In this document: one piece after another, positions 1-10,100 of the stretch
Position numbering within the stretch: position 1 is the stretch's first letter
How the letters are laid out: every line of letters starts with the position of its first letter
Origin: Balanoglossus misakiensis
Taxonomy: Eukaryota; Animalia; Hemichordata
NCBI GenBank assembly: GCA_040954595.2
Contig: JBECUI020000029.1
Span: 1-64,000 of the forward strand
Reading direction: 5' to 3'
DNA length: 64,000 bases
Program-made: the position numbers and the translations under genes
The notes under the pieces: generated by a model
What the model was told of the DNA's origin: nothing
The model's database searches: none
The model's input: only the letters and a program-made list of their open reading frames with translations

Positions 1-314
1 TAAATTTTGAATGTGTCATTTACCTGAACCGGTCATGTTGACCAGAATGATACATTTCTGCCTTCACTCACCCTATAAATATGTGATTGAGACATAGGTC
101 ATTTGCATAAGCTAACATACCAGAAAGTAAGCATATCTGATGTTTTCCCTGTGTCACTGCCATCAAAGTAAAAATTAGACGTTGTGTAGAGCAAACTCCA
201 ATTTTTTGTTCTCAATAAACATGGATGAATTACATAGAATGTGTTTGTTGTTTACAGTCTTTAAATGACACATTAGATTATGCACTTTACAAAACGTTTC
301 TGAGAAACAAGTGA

Positions 315-1271
315 CTAACTAGTTTCTTTCCACTGTGGCCAACGTGGTTCACTGTTTGTGTCAGAATCTCTCTGTTTTGCAAGGATTTTGAAATCATAGT
401 GGTGACATGCATAGTGAAAATCAGCTACTTTCAAATGTCCGTCATGTTCATGCTGTAATTGAATTTTCAAAGCTGGGCTGGCGTGTTTTTTCTTATTTAC
501 ATAAGTATCACACTTTATACATGTATCTTCATGGGGTTTTCTGAGTCCCGTATTTAGGTCCTCTCTCACAATTTTACGAAATATCGTATAACTGACAGTT
601 GTTCTTCCCAGAAGAGATTGGTTGGTTATGAACTCTCGGTGTAACTGCGATATACTGTGGTCCGGCGCCAGGTACGGTTTAAATCGAGGATTCCTGCAGT
701 AGTGAGATTCTACAATTCTGTGCCTGCGTACGTGTTCAGTGATATCAGTCAGCAAATTTGGATTGAGTTTCCGACGATGCCCTTTGTGTCGGCCCCTTGC
801 ATCTGGCATCAGACCAGTTGAACAGTGCATCATTTTGCTTAGAACGGTTCTAGTCCGCCTCTCACTAATGCCAAATAATTTCAGGAATGCATTTTTGCAG
901 ACAGTAACCGTTTCACCGCCTTCATTCACCAGGTGATAACGAACCGATTTCTTGTGTGACTTCATCTGCATATCCATCAGTTTGTAGAGCATCAAGTTCT
1001 GTTCATTATACACGCGACCATCAAAATATTTTCTCGTGGTGCCTAAAACATGCGTACTCCCAAGCTTCCGCAGACAATTCCCTTGAACGCAGGCGCATTC
1101 CAAGGAAAGACTGTCAATATCTGGAAAAGGGCGATTTTTCCTTGGTTTTTGTCTCGGACACGTCTTTTTAGAATTCCTACGTGGCTTGTTGGCTCGAGCT
1201 GACAGTTCGGTTCTGCGTTGCTGCCACACAGGAATGGGTTCCCACGCATAAGCAACTCCCCGGCAGGCCAT
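315..1271 (-). CDS. Sola1-like transposase N-terminal half (DNA-binding / Cys-His region), about 318 aa
   Basis: Motifs VCKNAFLKLFGISERR, DARGRH, HVRRHRIVESHYCR, YL..DHSISQLH, SYTIFRKI...KPHEDTCIKCD and HEHDGHL match the N-terminal region typical of Sola1/DUF7869-associated transposases. The ORF track start at 1277 is GTG; the ATG at 1271 has a good Kozak context (accATGG). Confidence 0.8.
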   Translation of the reverse strand: MACRGVAYAWEPIPVWQQRRTELSARANKPRRNSKKTCPRQKPRKNRPFPDIDSLSLECACVQGNCLRKLGSTHVLGTTRKYFDGRVYNEQNLMLYKLMDMQMKSHKKSVRYHLVNEGGETVTVCKNAFLKLFGISERRTRTVLSKMMHCSTGLMPDARGRHKGHRRKLNPNLLTDITEHVRRHRIVESHYCRNPRFKPYLAPDHSISQLHREFITNQSLLGRTTVSYTIFRKIVREDLNTGLRKPHEDTCIKCDTYVNKKKHASPALKIQLQHEHDGHLKVADFHYACHHYDFKILAKQRDSDTNSEPRWPQWKETS

Positions 1272-1318
1272 GGTCACAGCTGAAGTATTTGTTCAAGTAC
1301 TGACTGACTAAACGCGGC

Positions 1319-2452
1319 ATGGAACAAACGAACGAACGACTTCACGTTCGGAAAAAAAATCGTTGCGAGCTGTTGGGTGCATGCCTCTATAGTTGTCGGC
1401 AACCGTTCTTTTTTATTGCTAAACAATGCTGTCAGAGCATGGAAGGTGTGGTGGAAAACGAACAGAGGTTTTGTACGACCAACGATTGGATGGTGCTACA
1501 TATGGACTTCCACAAGTCATTGCCGGTTCCTAAACTCAGCTCTGAAGACTTTTACTTTAAATCGAAATTGCAAATGAAGCTCCTTGGAATTTACAACGGG
1601 ACAACGGAAAAGATGCATTGTTATGTATGGACAGAGCTCGATAGCAGAAAGTCTCCCGATGAAGTTATTACCTGTCTAAATCACTTTTTTTATAACTCGG
1701 GTGTGACCAGCAGACATGCAGTTATTTACAGCGACAACTGCCGTGCCGAATTCAAGTGTGGGAAGTTAATGTTTTACTATGACTATCTGTTACGAAAGGG
1801 CGTGTTTCGACGAATTGACTATAAAACTCTTGTGGCTGGACACACGTACTCCACCTGTGACCGAGTTTTTGCGTCCATTGAAAGGCATGCAAGTCGTTTC
1901 CAGAGTATAGAGACACCTCACGATTGGACATCTGTGATTCGAGGATCTTCTCTGAATGGGAACATTGGAGTTACGGAGATGACTCACAGAGACTTTTTCA
2001 ATTATTCTGATTTCCTGAAAAATGAGTACGTTGTGCGTTATGCAGATACAAACAATGTAACTTTTTACTACCAAGCCATGCACTATTTTAATTTTGGAGA
2101 AGGAGAAAGGCTTGATACCGACGGCAACCTCAGAACATTTAGTCATGCAGATAAAGTTTGGGTGAGAACATCTCTAGATCCAAGCGAGACCCCGATTGTA
2201 GTCGACTTTAGAAAGAAGAAGCAGAACCGGCGTTTACAAGATTGTACGCTGAACAAACTTTATCAGGAACGTCGACCACTGGCGAGCAAAGTTTGGCGGG
2301 ATCTTCAGAGTTTAGCCAAAAATTACCTGTCTCCGGAGGCAATAGAATTTTATAGGAATCTACCGCTTCAGGAGAGTAGTGGCACCTCTGCAGACCCGTA
2401 CGCCTTTCATGATGATGACGACGACGATGATGATGATATGGGCGGTGGTTGA
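1319..2452 (+). CDS. Sola1-like DDD transposase catalytic half (RNase H-like; DUF7869-like) with acidic tail
   Basis: Motifs MDFHKSLPVP..FYFKSKL, CYVWTE..RKSPDEVITCL, YSDNC and LVAGHTYSTCDRVFASIE; three putative catalytic Asp present. AATAAA overlaps the stop. The true start may be the ATG at 1439 (MEGVVEN). Confidence 0.85.
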   Translation: MEQTNERLHVRKKNRCELLGACLYSCRQPFFFIAKQCCQSMEGVVENEQRFCTTNDWMVLHMDFHKSLPVPKLSSEDFYFKSKLQMKLLGIYNGTTEKMHCYVWTELDSRKSPDEVITCLNHFFYNSGVTSRHAVIYSDNCRAEFKCGKLMFYYDYLLRKGVFRRIDYKTLVAGHTYSTCDRVFASIERHASRFQSIETPHDWTSVIRGSSLNGNIGVTEMTHRDFFNYSDFLKNEYVVRYADTNNVTFYYQAMHYFNFGEGERLDTDGNLRTFSHADKVWVRTSLDPSETPIVVDFRKKKQNRRLQDCTLNKLYQERRPLASKVWRDLQSLAKNYLSPEAIEFYRNLPLQESSGTSADPYAFHDDDDDDDDDMGGG

Positions 2453-2613
2453 ATAAACTGTCCTTTTCATGACGACAGTGATTTTGGATATTTGATGTGC
2501 GTGCACAGTTTATATGTAATATTTTCACACGAACGAGTTTTGACTGAATTTGATTAAAGAATGTACTCGATAATTAACAAATGTGCTGAATCGTGGTTAT
2601 TATGTTGTTAATT

Positions 2614-2654
2614 TTTGTTTGTTTGTTTGTTTGTTTGTTTGTTTGTTTGTTTGT
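2614..2654 (+). repeat. (TTTG)n microsatellite, about 10 units; present in every cassette copy
   Basis: Direct reading. Confidence 0.95.
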
Positions 2655-2786
2655 AAACAATTTCCGTTCATTCAACTGGCTACAAAGTTGGATTTTTGTA
2701 CTGGGAAGCGATAAACTCGCACATCAAAACCGGGGAGACTCGATCATTTTTCCCTGCAGGTAGCCTGAAAAGCACCCGGGCAGAGA

Positions 2787-2860
2787 TTACGTCATATATG
2801 GTCCACTTTAATACGAAATTATGCAAATGTGACATTTCACGGAAACGGCGTATATAAAAG
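2787..2860 (+). promoter_or_regulatory. Putative Pol II promoter of the SET gene
   Basis: TTACGTCA (CRE/ATF-like, 2787), octamer ATGCAAAT (2821) and TATATAAAAG (2851-2860), about 90 bp upstream of aacATGG at 2952. Confidence 0.55.
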
Positions 2861-2951
2861 CGACCCTGGGCTATTGTTCGGAATGCGTCATCGACGAGAG
2901 AGTGACTGATAATTCTTCTACCTCGAGTCAACCATTCTGTATATACTGAAC

Positions 2952-4292
2952 ATGGCTAGCTGGCGCAGGAAGAGACAAGGCAATGTGCGGTCTGTAATCA
3001 ACGAACGGCACCGCTCAGTTCAGTGTCCCTTTCTTCAAAAGTGGATCGGTGAGCAATTGGTATTTTCAGGTCGTTCAGAGGATGAAGTCCAGTCCAGTAC
3101 TGTATTTGAGAGCTACAAATGTTGGGTTGAAAACTATTCGTCGGCGGACAATCAAGTAATGATTATGGTTACTAAAGCTCGATTTTTCAAGGTGAGAATG
3201 ATCGCATTTTTCTTTCCCCCCCCCCCCTCCCTCCCTCCCTCCCTCCCCCAAGGGACTCGTTTTCTGTCTCTTTTAAACCTGTAACTTAACGAAAAGGAAG
3301 TTTTTCACATATCTCTTCGTTGACACTATAGCAATTTGGAGCGCGGATGCTTCAAGAGAAGAGCGTTACCAAATCAAAGTCGGCCGGGGTTAATATTTAT
3401 AGAGGTGTTCGTCTGAAAGCTGGTTCGCGAAGAATCTCAACGGGGAAACCTGAGCACAGTGTACTTCAGACCAGGGCAAGGGCATTTCTTGATGACGCCA
3501 GCGTGACCGTTCCGATCGAGGTAAGAATGGTGTTTTGTTTGGACTAGGACAATAGAACGTTGCAATGAGTGTGTCAATGGGTGTCCAAGTGCAAACGTGG
3601 TCTGCTTCTGTCCACAAATGCCATTAATTTTTGGCAGGATTTATAAAATTGTCAATGAAGAATACAAAAATGAAAAACAACAGTTAATAGCAAACTGGTA
3701 GGATTGCAAGGGCTTGTAAAACGGTACACACTGTACCAGGAAGTTTGCAACACTAATGAAGAATGTATATGATATATTTAGGTGAGAACTGTTCGCGATC
3801 GCCGGGACGCAGGACGGTGCGCGTTTTCGACGAGGGATATTCAAGCCTGGGACGTCGTCTGCGAATACCGGGGCACGGTTATTAGCGTTGAAGAAGCTAG
3901 TCGGCGTGATGAGCTTTACAGGGCAGAGGGGAAACGACCACGCATGTTCCATCTCTACATTGGAAAGAGACACGTTGTGTGAGTGTATCACTTAGTCGAA
4001 TATATGGTCATATATTGCAAAGCATCTGTCGAAATAGAAAACGTAATATTGTCTATATTTTCCTCATTAACGCAGCATTGACGGATACGATGTCCCAGCC
4101 GGTGAAGAAAATTTAGCAGGCCTAATAAATCACAGTCAGCAGAACGCCAACTTGGTACCGGTTCGGATCGGAGAGCGCCTGGTTTTCTTTGCAACCAGGA
4201 ATCTTTGTCAGGGAGTAGAGCTTTTGTATGATTACGGTGACGGGGGTGAAGAGGATTTCTTCAGTGGTTCTCAAACTTTTCCTGAAAATTAA
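2952..4292 (+). CDS. Winged-helix + SET-domain protein (SETD8/PR-Set7-like lysine methyltransferase), 280 aa; exons 2952-3191, 3332-3520, 3782-3978, 4076-4292
   Basis: Three GT-AG introns (GTGAGA, GTAAGA, GTGAGT donors; phases 0, 0, 2) give one open 843-nt frame. It contains AGRCAFSTRDI..VVCEYRG, MFHL, VIDG, LAGLINHS and FATRNL..GVELLYDYGD. The N-terminus (WI.EQL...STVFESYKCWV...FFKQFG...IYRGVRLK) resembles RFX / D5-primase C-terminal winged helices. Confidence 0.88.
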
Positions 4293-5198
4293 GGCATTAA
4301 CACATCAACGCTTCGGGGTGTCGTAACGGCGGCGCGGCGGGGGGGGGGGGGGGGACGTGAAAATGTTTGTATCAGGAACAAAATTCCCGTGCAAATCACC
4401 TTGATCCGGGTGGGTGGACTATTCGCGACAAATGTTGAAATCATACAAAGCATTTTACTTAATTAACCCATTTTTTTCATTTATTTGTTTACAGTTTACA
4501 ACGTCATAGAGAAGTTGAACTAGAGACTGGATCAGCGTGGGTGACACCATAGTACACCAATGTTTTCTTCAGTTTGATTCAATTGTAATTTAAAACTGAG
4601 ATTGCCTAACGCTTTCCCAGATTTTTTTAACCACTGAGAAACTGTGGGTTTTTTTCTGGGTTTTGGTGCGAGGTGATCTCAGTCAGTGGTGTTAATTTAA
4701 TTAATCATTTTCTTTTCCTATTTACGTCGACTGAAATGTATTTTGATAGGTGATAGTCATACCATAAAAAAAATCTTACGGCGCGACTGCCAAAATGTAC
4801 ATTTATTTGTCCGTTCCAAGTTATTTTGTGTATGTGTGATGGGTGCCGGTGACTGTGCAGGGTTGATTTCCCTAGAGCGACTGTTATATTCGTTTTCCAA
4901 CGATGATGAATTTACATGTTATTTGCTTGGCATTTTGACGCAGAGACACTTCTGAAAACACAAACCTATTAATTATGCCACGGGTGTAAATTGATCACAT
5001 TAAAAGAGGCTTTAGACGTTTGCCGCGAGCTCCTGGTGGGCAGAATCTTGTCAGCCCAAATTTGACTATAAGTACATAGCCAATGATGTGACGCTCTCCC
5101 ACATCCTTCGCCGCGCCTTTTCGCTGATTTACAGCATCTTGCGTAAACACTGTCATTTGATCTTGCTTGGCAGAAGTCAACTTGCTCTATACTACATT

Positions 5199-5564
5199 AT
5201 GGCGGCCAAGCTCAACTGCATATCAGATAATGCCAAGGAGCGTTTGAGAGGCATCCTCGCCAGAAGGAGTCGCGTTTCCGGTGACTGTGTGCTCTGGACG
5301 GGTGCAGCTTGTCGAAACGGCTATGGCTCTATTACGTTCAGAGATGAGAACACTCTAACCGCCTATGTCCATCACATTGCACTCCTAATTAACGGAGTGC
5401 AATTGGTGGGCAGGCGGTTAGAGTGTTCTCATCTTTGCAACGAAAAGCTATGCATCCGCCCAGAGCACATTGTCCAGGAAACGCGACTCCTAAACATTTC
5501 ACGAAAGACGTGCTTTAAATCCCCAAAAGGGGAGTGTCACCACGATCCCAGGTGCCTAAGGTGA
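5199..5564 (+). CDS. His-Cys box (His-Me finger, I-PpoI-like) endonuclease, about 121 aa
   Basis: CVLWTG..NGYG...YVHH, then SHLCNEKLCIRPEH..E...N..RKTC and C-H-H-D-P-R-C, which is the zinc-binding pattern of zf-His_Me_endon homing endonucleases. ATG at 5199 has a good context (attATGG). Confidence 0.88.
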   Translation: MAAKLNCISDNAKERLRGILARRSRVSGDCVLWTGAACRNGYGSITFRDENTLTAYVHHIALLINGVQLVGRRLECSHLCNEKLCIRPEHIVQETRLLNISRKTCFKSPKGECHHDPRCLR

Positions 5565-6472
5565 GTAATCCTCTTCTCATTTGATATGTATTGTGTGACC
5601 CTGCAGTTGAAACGCTTTCATCAATAATTTGCGGCGCGTGGGTAATCTCGGTGTTATTGACAATGCAGCCGGCCCAAACATTTTTAAATTAACACTGTTT
5701 CTGACTGTATTAACGAAATGTCCAATTTGCAAGTAGCCTATAGACAACCCTTTTGAATGAGTTTTGTCTCGTTGAGATTTTATACATAAGGAACAATCTA
5801 GATTTATTTTAGAAGACACTGTTCTTTTAAAACAGCTAGCATAATACAGCTAAATTTCGGAATTTCCGGACAATTTTCGGAATTCCTTTTAAATTTGAGA
5901 AATTTTTCATCAGATATAAGTGTTACTATTTATTGGACATGTTTTTATCATTGTTTACTTTTTAAGGTCATTCTCACCCCCCCCCCCCCAAAAAAAGCCG
6001 CTTTAGGCTTCATGTTCAGTAAAAAATCTGGAAAGTTCAGCTGAATTTTACACTGATCACACATTTTTGGGAAGGTCTGGCGCAAAATAAAGGATGACAA
6101 ATGTAAATCTAATGTCACATTTGTAAACCTCTAAGTATTGTACACTCATTCTATTAAGTATATGCAAATAGTACGGATAATTTTTTCGGAATGTGGAATT
6201 CCGAAATTAGTTCGGAACGTGTTAGCAGTGAAGAGATCACCACTGAGGGTTGGAAGGCCTTGCCAGAAATTAACGCGTAAAGTACGCCCTCACAGGCCAT
6301 GTAAACAAGGTCAAATAAGGCCGTCTGGCAAACGAATGATTAATTCAACGCGCCATTTGAGCCGAGCTGAGTTGGTCTGAGTTGCGTATCACACAGACTT
6401 AGGCTGAATGTCAGTGGAGTAACCAGTCCGTTTTAGATTTACCAATGATGTGAATTTAATTTCTTCACCCAG

Positions 6473-6880
6473 AAAAACAGAACACAACTTGTCTGCAACA
6501 TGATGCTGGAGGTGACACATGACAGAGAAGTGGATCCGCGTTGTCAACACAGATGCCAGCATTCAAAAGGGGAGTGCCACCTGCTAAAATCAACTCATCT
6601 GCTGTTGGCCCATTTTACCTGTGGCAACTGTTCAGAGGAGACAACGTTTATTCCGTGCAAGCCAACACGCAATGTTGGGGTCTACCTGTCAACACAGATG
6701 CAAGCATTCATGTGAGTGAGTATCAGGACTGACCTTGTATTTGCTGAATAATTCATAATGCCTATTTTAGAATTCTTAGAGGCATTTGGAGTTCATTGCC
6801 TGGTCAACCAAACTACACCCCTTAACAGCTGAAACAAAATGCGTATTGTGTTCATTCATTCATTGCATCAATATATATAG
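6473..6880 (+). repeat. Diverged single-copy relative of the satellite core (proto-monomer) with exon-like borders
   Basis: Shares AACTCATCTGCTGT.GGC, CACAGATGC.AGCATTCAT, TGCCTATT.TAGAATTCTTA and TTCATTCATTCATTGC with the monomer. A 24-bp word is repeated at 6542 and 6687. CAG acceptor at 6470-6472, GTGAGT at 6712. Confidence 0.75.
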
Positions 6881-7183
6881 GCAACATGAGTATCAAGTAG
6901 CACTATTTGTTTACGATTGTATTCATGAAAACTTCCCACTAACAATTCCACAGTTAATATTGAACACATTTATCCAACAAGGTCAAAAGAAAAAGGGAAT
7001 CTTCTGGTTCCAAAATACGCCACAAATGTGGGTCAACATACAGTGAAATATTATGGTGCTCAAATATGCAACATATCAAATCTGTCTCATCAAAGTCATG
7101 CTTTAAAAAAGAATTGAAAAGGTATTATTTATCCATTTGACTGCTGTATTTTCAGAAGGAAAACAAACTGAATTTGGTTTTTC

Positions 7184-10100
7184 AAGTACCTTATATTTTC
7201 TGTAAAATAGACATTTAATTGGCAAGCCGTCCTGCATCAATTATTAATTGTGTACATGCACTAAAGCGCCCTCACTGCTGGGTGTGTTGTATGGTCTTTA
7301 ACCCTGTTTCAAATTAGAGTACTTTCTGCAATTTCAAGACAGATCTTACGTGCCATTGGAGAGCTCCATTGACTGGTCATTCATACTGTTTTCATTCATT
7401 CATTGCGGCATCAATATATTTTATCTATTCTAGCCAAAGAGCTTGGCACCTGTTGAAATGAACTCATCTGCTGTGGGCCAGTTTATTGGTGGCAGTTGAG
7501 CTGAGGAGAGCACCTTCCTTCCCGGCACGCCACCAAGTAAAGTTCCACGCCGCCCACCACAGATGCCAGCATTCATTCATGCGAGTGAGTGTAATTGCAA
7601 ATTTGCCTATTCTAGATCTGTAATGGAAATGGAGAAAGTACCTTATATTTTCTGTAAAATAGACATTTAATTGGCAAGCCGTCCTGCATCAATTATTAAT
7701 TGTGTACATGCACTAAAGCGCCCTCACTGCTGGGTGTGTTGTATGGTCTTTAACCCTGTTTCAAATTAGAGTACTTTCTGCAATTTCAAGACAGATCTTA
7801 CGTGCCATTGGAGAGCTCCATTGACTGGTCATTCATACTGTTTTCATTCATTCATTGCGGCATCAATATATTTTATCTATTCTAGCCAAAGAGCTTGGCA
7901 CCTGTTGAAATGAACTCATCTGCTGTGGGCCAGTTTATTGGTGGCAGTTGAGCTGAGGAGAGCACCTTCCTTCCCGGCACGCCACCAAGTAAAGTTCCAC
8001 GCCGCCCACCACAGATGCCAGCATTCATTCATGCGAGTGAGTGTAATTGCAAATTTGCCTATTCTAGATCTGTAATGGAAATGGAGAAAGTACCTTATAT
8101 TTTCTGTAAAATAGACATTTAATTGGCAAGCCGTCCTGCATCAATTATTAATTGTGTACATGCACTAAAGCGCCCTCACTGCTGGGTGTGTTGTATGGTC
8201 TTTAACCCTGTTTCAAATTAGAGTACTTTCTGCAATTTCAAGACAGATCTTACGTGCCATTGGAGAGCTCCATTGACTGGTCATTCATACTGTTTTCATT
8301 CATTCATTGCGGCATCAATATATTTTATCTATTCTAGCCAAAGAGCTTGGCACCTGTTGAAATGAACTCATCTGCTGTGGGCCAGTTTATTGGTGGCAGT
8401 TGAGCTGAGGAGAGCACCTTCCTTCCCGGCACGCCACCAAGTAAAGTTCCACGCCGCCCACCACAGATGCCAGCATTCATTCATGCGAGTGAGTGTAATT
8501 GCAAATTTGCCTATTCTAGATCTGTAATGGAAATGGAGAAAGTACCTTATATTTTCTGTAAAATAGACATTTAATTGGCAAGCCGTCCTGCATCAATTAT
8601 TAATTGTGTACATGCACTAAAGCGCCCTCACTGCTGGGTGTGTTGTATGGTCTTTAACCCTGTTTCAAATTAGAGTACTTTCTGCAATTTCAAGACAGAT
8701 CTTACGTGCCATTGGAGAGCTCCATTGACTGGTCATTCATACTGTTTTCATTCATTCATTGCGGCATCAATATATTTTATCTATTCTAGCCAAAGAGCTT
8801 GGCACCTGTTGAAATGAACTCATCTGCTGTGGGCCAGTTTATTGGTGGCAGTTGAGCTGAGGAGAGCACCTTCCTTCCCGGCACGCCACCAAGTAAAGTT
8901 CCACGCCGCCCACCACAGATGCCAGCATTCATTCATGCGAGTGAGTGTAATTGCAAATTTGCCTATTCTAGATCTGTAATGGAAATGGAGAAAGTACCTT
9001 ATATTTTCTGTAAAATAGACATTTAATTGGCAAGCCGTCCTGCATCAATTATTAATTGTGTACATGCACTAAAGCGCCCTCACTGCTGGGTGTGTTGTAT
9101 GGTCTTTAACCCTGTTTCAAATTAGAGTACTTTCTGCAATTTCAAGACAGATCTTACGTGCCATTGGAGAGCTCCATTGACTGGTCATTCATACTGTTTT
9201 CATTCATTCATTGCGGCATCAATATATTTTATCTATTCTAGCCAAAGAGCTTGGCACCTGTTGAAATGAACTCATCTGCTGTGGGCCAGTTTATTGGTGG
9301 CAGTTGAGCTGAGGAGAGCACCTTCCTTCCCGGCACGCCACCAAGTAAAGTTCCACGCCGCCCACCACAGATGCCAGCATTCATTCATGCGAGTGAGTGT
9401 AATTGCAAATTTGCCTATTCTAGATCTGTAATGGAAATGGAGAAAGTACCTTATATTTTCTGTAAAATAGACATTTAATTGGCAAGCCGTCCTGCATCAA
9501 TTATTAATTGTGTACATGCACTAAAGCGCCCTCACTGCTGGGTGTGTTGTATGGTCTTTAACCCTGTTTCAAATTAGAGTACTTTCTGCAATTTCAAGAC
9601 AGATCTTACGTGCCATTGGAGAGCTCCATTGACTGGTCATTCATACTGTTTTCATTCATTCATTGCGGCATCAATATATTTTATCTATTCTAGCCAAAGA
9701 GCTTGGCACCTGTTGAAATGAACTCATCTGCTGTGGGCCAGTTTATTGGTGGCAGTTGAGCTGAGGAGAGCACCTTCTTTCCCGGCACGCCACCAAGTAA
9801 AGTTCCACGCCGCCCACCACAGATGCCAGCATTCATTCATGCGAGTGAGTGTAATTGCAAATTTGCCTATTTACGTGCCATTGGAGAGCTCCATTGACTG
9901 GTCATTCATACTGTTTTCATTCATTCATTGCGGCATCAATATATTTTATCTATTCTAGCCAAAGAGCTTGGCACCTGTTGAAATGAACTCATCTGCTGTG
10001 GGCCAGTTTATTGGTGGCAGTTGAGCTGAGGAGAGCACCTTCCTTCCCGGCACGCCACCAAGTAAAGTTCCACGCCGCCCACCACAGATGCCAGCATTCA

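Larger units (their letters stand above)
1..7183. mobile_element. Composite transposon-like gene cassette, unit 1 (left part outside window)
   Basis: Carries the transposase halves, SET gene and His-Cys endonuclease, and is multicopy with near identity. No TIR/TSD found at the cassette-satellite junctions, so element boundaries are inferred. Confidence 0.65.

Noticed and set aside
2208-2528. His/Arg-rich 106-aa minus-strand ORF and other small ORFs overlapping the transposase and SET genes
   Set aside because: These are antisense or alternate-frame shadows, for example of the GAT/GAC poly-Asp run.
2952-3982. Three separate short ORFs (110, 66 and 66 aa)
   Set aside because: They are exons of one spliced SET gene, with read-through into introns.
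1319-4292. SETMAR-like SET-transposase fusion
   Set aside because: The transposase is not mariner-type, ends with a stop plus AATAAA, and the SET gene has its own TATA and ATG downstream.
5524-6581. 17/18-nt match CAAAAGGGGAGTGYCACC between the nuclease 3' end (5524) and the proto-monomer (6564)
   Set aside because: The similarity does not extend on either side, so it cannot be distinguished from chance or a small templated insertion.
7497-7499. In-frame TGA aligned to a Cys codon, read as selenocysteine
   Set aside because: No SECIS element was recognised and there is no redox motif; a simple TGT>TGA change explains it.
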